Shown: positions 1-8,951 of the stretch, piece after piece
Layout of the letters: the number at the start of each line of letters is the position of its first letter
Numbering within the stretch: position 1 is the first letter of the stretch
Source: Chrysochromulina tobinii
Lineage: Eukaryota
Length of the DNA stretch: 39,266 bases
Assembly (NCBI GenBank): GCA_001275005.1
Contig: JWZX01003133.1
Location: 1-39,266, forward strand
Direction: 5' to 3'
Notes under the pieces: generated by a model
Told to the model about the DNA's origin: nothing
Seen by the model: the letters and a program-made list of their open reading frames with translations, nothing else
The model's database searches: none
Program-made: the position numbers and the translations under genes

Positions 1-261
1 CCTCCCTCCCGCCCTCCCCTCCGGCCCTTCCCCTCCACTTGGGCAGCTCCAGCTGGCGCACCCAGCCCGACAGACACGTGAGGCATCGCATGTGAACAAC
101 AGTTCTGAACACCGCCCTAACACCGCCCTTGTAGGCATCGGACGCTCCTCCCGATCGCATCGGAGCCCTTTCCCACTCGTTCGACGGAAAATGTGAAGTT
201 GTTTATACGGCTTTTCAAGCTCTTTTCCAAACAGAGAAAGTCTGCTACTACGAAAGCGTAA

Positions 262-1650
262 ATGCGCTCGACGATCCGAGCTTTTGTGCCGACCAGCGCC
301 ACCGGCGCGGTTCCTGCGGCACGTGTTAATTTACGGCTCGTGTCTTACAATATCCTCGCGGATGAGCTCTGCATGACCGAAAAGCACTCGTACTGCCCTG
401 TCAAGGACCGTGAATGGCACGGCGACAGTGGGCGTGGGGCGAGACTCGTTGCGGAGCTGCTCTCGTACGAGGCGGACATCGTGTGCCTGCAGGAGTGCAG
501 CCTGCGAAAGTTTGACGACTGCTTTCGCACGGGACTCGGTAAGGAGTTCACTGGCTTCCATCACTCTGCGCATTTGTCAACTCGTCGGGCAGCCGCCGAA
601 GCACGCATGTCTGTAACAGGCCTTGCCACCTTTGTGCGCTCGGCGGCGTGGAAGCCCGTCAACGTGCAAGCTGTGCGTTTGGGAGAAGACTCAGATGCAC
701 GTGGGCATATCGGCTCGCTCCAGCAGACCTTGCGTGCCCGCGACGAGTCTGTGCTGCTGGTGCTTCTCGAGCATGTGGCCTCCGGCGCCCGCCTGGCGGT
801 TGGCAATACACACCTGCATTGGGATCCGCGTCAGCCGCACGTCAAGAGCTCTCAAGCGGAGCTGGCTGCCCGCGGGCTCGCCGCCTTTGCGTCCGTGCGC
901 CCGGCAGGCGCCCCGAGCACGGAGGCCTCGGCCGCCACATCATGCCCGGTAGCCTTGGTGGGTGACTTCAATTCAGTGCCGCACTTGCAGCCAAGCTTCC
1001 TGCCGAGCGCGCAGCGGGCGGCGCTTCCCGAGCTCCTACCGGAGGAGTGGCGAGCTTCCGCAGTGTACCGGCTGCTCTCGAACGGCACTGTCGAGTCGAC
1101 GCATCCGGAGCATCCGACAGCCTTCGCAGCGGGGCAGGCCGCTTCCAAGGAAGTCAAGTCAAGTCAAGTCAAGGAAGCTGCAAAAGAGGACGCGGCCGCT
1201 GCGGCAGCTGCGAGGACAGTGGCTGCGAGCTTCGCAAAGGCGGCGAATGCAGCTGCAGCTCCGTATGTCGAGCAGCCCACGAGCAGCCTCGAGCCACCTA
1301 GCAAGCGAAGCCGCAACGCCCAAAAGAGGTCCGAGCACAGCAACGCCTCAGAGGCTTCGGGAGAGACGAAGTGCAATCTGGGCCCTCTCACCACCGGCGT
1401 GCCGCTACGAGACGCCTATTGGGGCGCACTCGCGCCCGGCCCACTGCCGCTGACCACGCACGCCGACGATTTTGCGGGCTGCCTCGACTATTGCTGGATC
1501 TCTCCCGCCATCGAGGTGATGGAGGTACTCGCCATGCCGTACGAGCTCAACGCGCCGGTGGTGTTTGGCAAGATCCCCTCAGCTGAGTTCCCATCAGACC
1601 ACCTCGCCATTGCATGCACGCTGGCTGTGCCGATCGGAGCAGCCTTGTGA
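262..1650 (+). CDS. Endonuclease/exonuclease/phosphatase (EEP) protein, CCR4/Angel/PDE12/nocturnin-like deadenylase family
   Basis: 462-aa ORF with the ordered EEP motifs LVSYNILA, DIVCLQE, GNTHLHWDP, VGDFNS, GCLDYCW and PSDHLAI. An Ala/Ser-rich low-complexity insert lies between the GDFNS and DY motifs. Confidence 0.88.
   Translation: MRSTIRAFVPTSATGAVPAARVNLRLVSYNILADELCMTEKHSYCPVKDREWHGDSGRGARLVAELLSYEADIVCLQECSLRKFDDCFRTGLGKEFTGFHHSAHLSTRRAAAEARMSVTGLATFVRSAAWKPVNVQAVRLGEDSDARGHIGSLQQTLRARDESVLLVLLEHVASGARLAVGNTHLHWDPRQPHVKSSQAELAARGLAAFASVRPAGAPSTEASAATSCPVALVGDFNSVPHLQPSFLPSAQRAALPELLPEEWRASAVYRLLSNGTVESTHPEHPTAFAAGQAASKEVKSSQVKEAAKEDAAAAAAARTVAASFAKAANAAAAPYVEQPTSSLEPPSKRSRNAQKRSEHSNASEASGETKCNLGPLTTGVPLRDAYWGALAPGPLPLTTHADDFAGCLDYCWISPAIEVMEVLAMPYELNAPVVFGKIPSAEFPSDHLAIACTLAVPIGAAL
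1151..1173 (+). repeat. (AAGTC)n pentanucleotide microsatellite inside the EEP ORF
   Basis: aagtc x4 + aag. The same pentamer occurs in reverse orientation, (ttgac)x3, at 8817-8831. Confidence 0.8.
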
Positions 1651-1916
1651 GCGTAATGTCGTGGGGCTTCAAGAACTGCGAGACGCACCAAACTCCACCT
1701 CACCGAAGTCCAGACCCAGTGTGGAGTTACTCGTTTGTCCTGCCGGAATATGATCACAGATCTGGAGCCATGCCCTGCCCATGCCGCCATGGTGCTGGGA
1801 AGCGGAACTCTGGAAATTGGAAATTGTAGCGTTCGGTGTGAGGTGCATGGTGCGGTACCACGTGTGGGCGGGTCCGGGTCAGTGGTCCGGGTGCGTACCG
1901 GTCATTTCGCACATCG

Positions 1917-3260
1917 TTACTTACTCGCGCGACGTGTTACGGCATCATACCATGGCGTCGTACCGTTGGCCGCCATCGCTTCCCACAGCGGAGGGATACC
2001 GCACCTCGCACTCCCATCGGTCAAAGACTGTGACGTCAGCTTGCGGCACGGAGGCTGCGGGCAGTTGCCCTGCTTGCAGCAGAGGCGGGCAGCCGGTACG
2101 ATGCGGGTAGCGTACCCAGACATGTCACCACAGAGGCCAGCCATACTGAAGCAAAAGAGGCTGCAGCGATAGAGCTGCCACTTGGGCATCACCAGATAGT
2201 CGAGGTGCTGCCGGCTGCTACGCATGTGCACGTCTATCATGACCTCTGGACCATGCAAGAGATGACCGGAAGCATTGTAGAGCGCATCGAAGTGATGCCA
2301 TTGCATACCATAATGGTCCGCCGCGGCCGGTGTGAGCAGCGCCTCGATGTCGGTGTGCGCGCCACCCATGCAAATCCCGGGCACAGCGTACTGCACCTGC
2401 GAGCGGTCACCTTCACTCCGGCCGCGGTGGCCGACATTCTCGGCGCCTGCGGGGCCAGTTCCCCACAGGCCATCCGCACGCGCCGCGTCTGCAACAGCCG
2501 ACGACGCCGACGACGGCGTTGAGGACAAGGGTGCTGCCGCATGCCGCACGTGCCTGCCGAGCGGCGCTAGCAGCGCATCTCGCACGCTTTCCAGATCGAC
2601 GCCTTGCGAGACGTAATCGGGTCGCTGTCGCCAGACAAGATCGTACCGTTGGCCTCTTTGATGGCTGAAACGGCGGCGCATCTCGCCGACGACCATGAGC
2701 TTGTGGGCCTGTGCAAGTGTATTGTCGACCTGGATGTTCTCGTGGTGCTTCCGATACGGGTAGCCAGGGAACAAGGCCCAATGCTCCGGCTTGAGCTTGC
2801 CGTGCGAATCGAGCACGCCGGCACTGTGTGGCCACCATGTGCAGTTGGCCACCTCGACCCCGCCATCGCCGGAGAGCTTAGAGCTGAATGCATCGACAAC
2901 GCCCGCGCGAGCATGGCGCACCTCTTCATCGCTGCAAGCCTCCAATGCGCAGAATAAGTCGACCGCATATCCAGCGGTTCGCGCTTGCAGCACGTTGTGC
3001 ACCTTGCCGACCGAAGAAACATTGAGAGAGCGGAGACAGCCGGTCAGCTCGATGGCCATGCGCCAACGCGGGGGTACATGGTCTAAGGAATGCGAGCTGC
3101 TTTGAATAACAAACGGTGTCGCATTGCGGCGTGCGTTGCCGGGAGGGCCGTAGCCTTGGCAGGAGTCGCTCACGACCATGTGTTGCTCACGAAACTTGGG
3201 ACCGAACAGGGACCCGTTGGCCGTCAGGCACGAGGGTATCCTTCCACAAGTTGCCCTCAT
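1917..3260 (-). CDS. Uncharacterised protein with AxxxxGxxR and YDxVxRxRPD motifs (possibly glycosyltransferase-like); true start may be a downstream Met
   Basis: 447-aa ORF with MAIELTGCLRSL near the N-terminus, YDLVWRQRPD centrally, a later HGPE motif and a Cys-rich C-terminus. Function is inferred only. Confidence 0.6.
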   Translation of the reverse strand: MRATCGRIPSCLTANGSLFGPKFREQHMVVSDSCQGYGPPGNARRNATPFVIQSSSHSLDHVPPRWRMAIELTGCLRSLNVSSVGKVHNVLQARTAGYAVDLFCALEACSDEEVRHARAGVVDAFSSKLSGDGGVEVANCTWWPHSAGVLDSHGKLKPEHWALFPGYPYRKHHENIQVDNTLAQAHKLMVVGEMRRRFSHQRGQRYDLVWRQRPDYVSQGVDLESVRDALLAPLGRHVRHAAAPLSSTPSSASSAVADAARADGLWGTGPAGAENVGHRGRSEGDRSQVQYAVPGICMGGAHTDIEALLTPAAADHYGMQWHHFDALYNASGHLLHGPEVMIDVHMRSSRQHLDYLVMPKWQLYRCSLFCFSMAGLCGDMSGYATRIVPAARLCCKQGNCPQPPCRKLTSQSLTDGSARCGIPPLWEAMAANGTTPWYDAVTRRASK

Positions 3261-3296
3261 GTTTCAACGAAACGCCCACGAGAGCGCCTGATAGCA

Positions 3297-5894
3297 ATGC
3301 GACAGGGCGAGCAATGCGTCGACGACAACTTGGCCTTCCTCAGCGCCTTCCAGGATGAGGTCGCCGACTTCCACATGGCGTGCGCGGACAGCGGGGCCAC
3401 CGATGCAGCCGAAAGGGTTTTGAGCCACGTCGGCACGCTGCGGGCCATGGTCTCTGATGCCGAGGGTGACGATGCCGCAATGCTCAAGGAGATGCACGCG
3501 GCATGCGTGGCCAAGGCGGCGGCGTGGGTAGAGCGCCGCATTCAGGACCTCGTCGCGCAGTTCCATTTGCGGTGGCACGACGATGGCGATTTGCTCGCAG
3601 TGGACTGCGCGCTTCGCGAGAGCATGACGCTCGTTAGGCACGCCGAAGCCGAGCTGGGCCCACTTCCTGTGTGCGTCGAAGTGCTCGGTGGGTGCGACCA
3701 GCAACTATGCACAAAGCTGGCCGAACACGTACGCCGCGCTAACCGGCACGAGCTGCGCATGCTCTTCGCCGACTTTTGCCAGTGGGTGGGTCGCGAAGAG
3801 CTGCAGCAGCTTTGCCTCGACAAGTATCGTGAGCAAGTGGATAAGCATGTCCAGAGCGAGGCGGTGGCGACGCAGATCAAGCTGTTGAATCTGTTGCAGG
3901 CCAAATCGCTGCGGACCTCGGTGGGTGGCACCAATGGCGTGGGTGCCAGCGCGGGCGCCGGCGCGGGCGCTGGCGCGGGTGGCGGCGGCGGCGGCGGTCC
4001 CGGCGCGGGTGCGCAGGTCACCGAGGACGGTAGCGGAGGGCCTGTACAGGTGCTGCGCGAGTATCTCGAAGGTGTGGCGGGGCTCAAGGAGGAGCTTTGC
4101 GCGGCCGAGCTGCCGCCTAGCTTTGCTACGAGCGTGCTACGAGAGGTCGAGCAAGAGGCGTGCACACAAGCATTGGAGCTCGCTAGCCAGGTGCTCGATG
4201 CAGAGGCGCACCTGAGGACCGCCCACGACGCAGTGCAGCGCCATCTCGACCACTGGCCCGCCAGGCAGGCTGGCACGGATAGTGCGGGCACGCCCGGCGG
4301 CGGCAGTGGCAGCGGCGGCAGCGGCGGCGGCGGCGGCAGGGGTGGTGGGCGCGTGCAGCTCGAGCTGCCCGAGCTCGATGCCCAGTTAGAGGACACGAGT
4401 GCTCTCCTGCTGTTGCTCCAGTCGTTTGAGCAGTGGTGTGAGGAGGTAGACGCTGAGCAGCAGGCGATCGCCGAGGCTAACGTCGTGACGATCGGCGCCG
4501 GCACGGAAGGCGCTGGTGTCGGCGCCTCTGAGGCCGCTGCTACTGGCGCCGCCCCGGCAGCAGCGCTATCGGAGGACGATGGCTGGTCGTTACGAGAATT
4601 GGCTTCCGCGGCGGACAGTGGCCGGACCGTGCGAGACGCCGCATCCGCCGCTGGGTCCGCGGCTGCGGCCGCGGCCTCAGCGTGCTCTTCCGCGTTGCAG
4701 ATGCCCTCGCTGCCACCCCCACCCTCAGCCACTCGCAACGAAGCGCTACCGCCGCCACCGCCACCGCCTCGGGCGGCCGCCTCGGTCGCAGGTGCGCCTT
4801 CCGCCTCGCGTGCGCAGCCAAAGCCAGCGCGGACGAGCGCGCGTGTGAAGCTCGAGACGTACTGCCAGACGCTTGCGTGCGCGTACTCGGCCGGCGAGGC
4901 TGCCTATCTGGGATGCGCGGTGCGCCTGGCGATGGAGATGGCTGAGGCCGACCGTGAAAGCCTCACGCTCTCGGTGGTCGACGACGGCTTCTTTGTCCTG
5001 CTGAAGGCGTTCGGACGCGCGGTGCGATCGGGTGCCGCCACGCTAGCCGTCGTGCCACTGCTCCATTCCATGGTCGACGCCATCCGCACGCTCATCGCGC
5101 CGGTGCTTGGCCGTTATGTGCGTCAGGCGGGGCTCGCCGATGCGGCGAACGAGCCGTTCCTGATCGCGGTCAACTCGCTGCAGTGCGCGGAGGAGTACAC
5201 GCGCAAGCTCCGGTCGGTGGTGTCGTCGGCCTTCGAAGAGCGCTTCAACGGCCTCGTGGGGCTCGCGGACGCGGCGCAGTCCGAGCTGGATGGTATCGCC
5301 GACGATCTCAAGGAGGATGCGGCGAAGGAGCTCCGCCATCTGGGCGCCTCGCTCCTCCCCGCCGTGTGGCTGCGAATGGAGTTCGAGCCGACCTCGTACG
5401 TGCTCGCGGCCGAGCAAGCTGAGCTGGATGCGAAGCGCTCGTTCGAGTCCGGATTGTTACGACCGTTACGCGAAGCCCTCGAGCCCCTAAAGGATCGGCT
5501 GAGGGCTGTCAACTTTGAGAGCCTGGTGCACACGCTGGCGGCGGGGCTCGCCGAAGAGCTCGAGGCGGCGGTGATGCACAAGCGCTTCGACGAGGCGGGC
5601 GCGATCCTGCTCGGCGAGCACTCGCGTCAGCTCACCGACAACCTCTCGGAGCTTCTCGTGAGCGGCTCGGTGCGCAATGAGTTCGGGCGGCTCAACCAGA
5701 TCGCCTTCCTGCTCACGGCGGGCAGCGTGCAGGAGGCTGCCGCGCTGATGCTCTCCACGCAGAGCGCTGCCGCGGGCCCCGGCGCGCGCCTCACAAGGGC
5801 AGAGGCCGCGCGCGCGCTCGTGCTGCGCAAGGAGTTCACCATGGCGGAGGTGCGTGAGATCTTGCCGGAGCTCGACGACGAGGATGAGGGCTGA
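3297..5894 (+). CDS. COG4: Conserved oligomeric Golgi complex subunit 4 (COG4)-like protein
   Basis: The C-terminal third matches COG4 signatures: TLSVVDDGFFVLLKAFGRAV, RFDEAGAILL...SVRNEFGRLNQIAFLL, RLTRAEAARALVLRKEF. Start placed at ATG 3297 within ORF 3090..5894. Several Gly/Ala/Pro low-complexity inserts. Confidence 0.8.
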   Translation: MRQGEQCVDDNLAFLSAFQDEVADFHMACADSGATDAAERVLSHVGTLRAMVSDAEGDDAAMLKEMHAACVAKAAAWVERRIQDLVAQFHLRWHDDGDLLAVDCALRESMTLVRHAEAELGPLPVCVEVLGGCDQQLCTKLAEHVRRANRHELRMLFADFCQWVGREELQQLCLDKYREQVDKHVQSEAVATQIKLLNLLQAKSLRTSVGGTNGVGASAGAGAGAGAGGGGGGGPGAGAQVTEDGSGGPVQVLREYLEGVAGLKEELCAAELPPSFATSVLREVEQEACTQALELASQVLDAEAHLRTAHDAVQRHLDHWPARQAGTDSAGTPGGGSGSGGSGGGGGRGGGRVQLELPELDAQLEDTSALLLLLQSFEQWCEEVDAEQQAIAEANVVTIGAGTEGAGVGASEAAATGAAPAAALSEDDGWSLRELASAADSGRTVRDAASAAGSAAAAAASACSSALQMPSLPPPPSATRNEALPPPPPPPRAAASVAGAPSASRAQPKPARTSARVKLETYCQTLACAYSAGEAAYLGCAVRLAMEMAEADRESLTLSVVDDGFFVLLKAFGRAVRSGAATLAVVPLLHSMVDAIRTLIAPVLGRYVRQAGLADAANEPFLIAVNSLQCAEEYTRKLRSVVSSAFEERFNGLVGLADAAQSELDGIADDLKEDAAKELRHLGASLLPAVWLRMEFEPTSYVLAAEQAELDAKRSFESGLLRPLREALEPLKDRLRAVNFESLVHTLAAGLAEELEAAVMHKRFDEAGAILLGEHSRQLTDNLSELLVSGSVRNEFGRLNQIAFLLTAGSVQEAAALMLSTQSAAAGPGARLTRAEAARALVLRKEFTMAEVREILPELDDEDEG

Positions 5895-6418
5895 ACGCAC
5901 CTGTGGGCTCGACGACCAATGTGCTGATACCGTGCGTTGTCGACCGACCGGCCAGGTTTGGAGAGAGACTGAGGCATTTTCCCCCCCGATAATCCACCAC
6001 ACAGTCGCTCCAATTCACGCACCCAGCGGCGTATAACTCGGGCTCGGTCGGTCGGTATCCACTTGGTACGACGCGCGCTCGCCCTCCAATTGTCGCCCTC
6101 AGAATCGCCCACCCTCCGGCTCCGCACGCAGAACCGAAGGAAATCACGCCCAGCACATCTCGCAATCGCACCGAGGGGGGAATCAGCGGCACAGAAGACT
6201 ATAGACTTTAAGTGACCAGAAGTGCAATTTGAACCAGTTGAAGGGTGTAACCCAAATCCATCGCTCCAGTACCGGTAAGGTGCGCCCGCGTGTCCCGTGT
6301 GTGTCCCGTGTGTGTCCCGGCTCCCCCGGTGTCTTTTTACTGGTACTATTGTACAAGGCCTTCAAGGACGAAGAATTCCGCAAATGAATTTCATCAAGGG
6401 ATTTGATGAATCCCCTTC

Positions 6419-8152
6419 ATGCGGCCGTCCGCGAGCGAGGGCACCGGCCCTGGGATGAAATCGTCTAGTCCGGATGGTGATGCTGAGCGGGACCACAAGG
6501 AAGACACGCCCGATGCGACTCCAAGGGAAATTCAAGGATTTTACTTGATCGACTTTGCCAACTCTGTGTACAGTACGGTGGGCATCGGAGGCTTCCTACC
6601 GCTGCTCATTCAAGCGGCTGCACTTGCTAATTCTGGGTATCCGAATGACTGCCCCAACGTGTTGCGCGACGAGGCTGAGCTCAATGCTGTGCGTGCCTCG
6701 TGGAGATTCTTCAACTATTCGATGAACGACGCGGGGACGTTTTATCGTATTGTGGGCGCTGGCCCCAGAGAGTGCGATGAGCCCAATGCACCCTCGTGCT
6801 TCAATGGCACCTGCACAGGCTACCCCGCGAATCTTCTCGAGTGCCGCGATCCGTCCGGAAGTACTGAGGTGGCGCTGCTCACGCGCGGCGGCCTCGCCAC
6901 CAATCCTACTGCATACGCGACCCTGTGCATCACAGTCTCGGTTGTCATCCAAGCTGGCATCTTCTTCTTCCTTGGGCCCCTCGCTGACTACGGAGGCTCT
7001 CGCAAGAAGACGCTTTTGGGCACATCTTGGATGGGCGCATCCTTCTGCATCATTTCGCTCGCGATCAACGCGGAGAACTTCACGATTGGCATGCTTGTGT
7101 GTGTCATCACGAATGTGTGCTTTGGCGTCTCTGGTGTGATGATGAACGCCTTCCTGCCTAAGATCGTGGCCGCTCTGCCCGAGGTCCGAGCAGCTCAGGG
7201 CAAGGAGCGCGAGGAGATCGAATCGATGAGGTCGACCGAGATCTCCGCGCGGGGCTTCGCTTGGGGCTACGTCGCCGGCGTGATCGGCATCATCCTCTGC
7301 ATCCCGTTAGTTGCCCTCCTCCCCGAGATCCTCGCTTATCAACTGTGCATGGTGATCGTGGGCATCTGGTGGGCCGCGTGGATGATCCCCGTCGCGCTAC
7401 GGCTGCTGCCACGGCCGGGGTCTCCTTTACCAGAAAATAAGACGGTCTGCACAGTAGCAAGCTCGAGCTTTTTGGCCACCTTCCGCGAGCTGTGTGCGCT
7501 GCCTCGATCCGGCTTCTACCTCCTCCTTTGGGCCTTCTTCTCCGATGGTGTGTTCCTCGTCGGCAGTATTGGCGGCTTGTACGCGAACTCGCGTGTCGAC
7601 TGGGGCTGCTTCCCGAAGACGTATGGCGTGCTCGCAGTCTTCATCCTCGTGCCGCTCTTTGCCGCCGGGTTCAATGTCCTCTACCAGAAGATCGCTCAGT
7701 GGTTCCGCGTCCCGCCTGAGCGCATGCTCCAGTGGACTTTGGTCGTCATCGGCCTCGTCGTGCCCATCTGGGGGTTTGCCGGCATCGCCACGGGTCTCGA
7801 CGTCATCATCGTCGCCGTCATCTGGGGCGCGCACATGGGGCCCATGCAGGCGTTCTCACGCTCCGTGTTTGCATCGCTCATCCCTCCAGGAAAAGAGTCC
7901 GCGTTCTTTGCGCTATACGAGCTCACCAACCGCGGCTCGTCGTGGCTCGGCCCTCTCATCCTCACAGTGTCGGTGGCGGCCACCAACCAGTACACGTATG
8001 CTTTTGTTTACGTGCTCGTGGTTTGCCTAGGCGGCGCGTTCTTCCTCAGCTTCATCGACATGAAAAAGGGCCACAAGGCTGCCATCGAGCGCGGTAGGAC
8101 CAGCGTGGCGCTGGCAACGCCCAGCATCGTGCTCAACCCTGTTGCGCCCTAG
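6419..8152 (+). CDS. Atg22/UMF1-like major facilitator superfamily transporter
   Basis: 577-aa ORF with about 12 hydrophobic segments. Motifs REIQGFYLIDFANSVYST, LGPLADYGGSRKK, ISARGFAWGYVAG and QAFSRSVFASLIPPGKESAFFALYELTNRGSSWLGP are typical of the Atg22 family. Confidence 0.88.
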   Translation: MRPSASEGTGPGMKSSSPDGDAERDHKEDTPDATPREIQGFYLIDFANSVYSTVGIGGFLPLLIQAAALANSGYPNDCPNVLRDEAELNAVRASWRFFNYSMNDAGTFYRIVGAGPRECDEPNAPSCFNGTCTGYPANLLECRDPSGSTEVALLTRGGLATNPTAYATLCITVSVVIQAGIFFFLGPLADYGGSRKKTLLGTSWMGASFCIISLAINAENFTIGMLVCVITNVCFGVSGVMMNAFLPKIVAALPEVRAAQGKEREEIESMRSTEISARGFAWGYVAGVIGIILCIPLVALLPEILAYQLCMVIVGIWWAAWMIPVALRLLPRPGSPLPENKTVCTVASSSFLATFRELCALPRSGFYLLLWAFFSDGVFLVGSIGGLYANSRVDWGCFPKTYGVLAVFILVPLFAAGFNVLYQKIAQWFRVPPERMLQWTLVVIGLVVPIWGFAGIATGLDVIIVAVIWGAHMGPMQAFSRSVFASLIPPGKESAFFALYELTNRGSSWLGPLILTVSVAATNQYTYAFVYVLVVCLGGAFFLSFIDMKKGHKAAIERGRTSVALATPSIVLNPVAP

Positions 8153-8951
8153 TCATTGCTAAAGTCTATGCTATGGGATGGCCACAGTCTTATTCACGTC
8201 TGACAGACTGTGCGACAGTGACCTTCAGAGGCGCGACGCTGAAGTCCCTGAACGGAACAACGACAACACAGTGACGAATGAGGGAGGGGGCAGGGGTGAG
8301 AGAGGACTTTTCGAGAGGCGGGCATCATGGGCGAGCGGGTCGTGAGAGCTGAGCAAAGCTGAGCCTGAGAGCGCTTTGTTCGTGTACGATTTGTGCAAAG
8401 AGTTGACTATAGTCTATACGAAATGGAGACTAAGTTTATATTCGATTTTTCAGACGGAACCCGTCCGGCGCGAATCGACACCATGGCGAATCGATTTCGA
8501 CCGTACTACGATGCCCGCGGACGTCGGCTCCAGGGCGACGGCTAGAGCTGAAGGCGACGGCCGATAAACGCCGTTGCTTTCTCTGACCGTTGCTTACTGT
8601 TACTGTACTCGACTACACACAGCCTGCATTGTGCATATACAGCTGGGAACTCAAGTCCAAACCATGGTCTCAACGCTTGCTTCAAGGTACGGTACATGTA
8701 ATCGAATGAGGATGTTCTCTCCTAGCGTACAGAGAGGTCCCTTTCCCAGCTTTATGCCCATCTTCTTCAGGCCACCATCGTGTCCTGAAGAAGATCGAGG
8801 CCTCCGCCTGAGTGAATTGACTTGACTTGACTTTCGTTTGTACCAAATTTGTAAGTTTCAGGACTTCACAGGAACCCTTGAGGGAAGCCATTTCGATGCC
8901 ACGATCGATGCGACAGTCTCGAGCCCCTTGCGCTCCCGCCTCACCCCGACC

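Noticed and set aside
3542..4738. 398-aa minus-strand ORF and many other long overlapping ORFs (e.g. 37716..38669, 21867..22679)
   Set aside because: Antisense or alternative-frame shadows expected in GC-rich coding DNA; low-complexity translations with no family motifs.
6620..6900. Cys-rich loop in the Atg22-like transporter as a novel inserted domain
   Set aside because: Eukaryotic Atg22-family proteins commonly have an extended Cys-containing loop after the first TM helix; not distinctive without an alignment.
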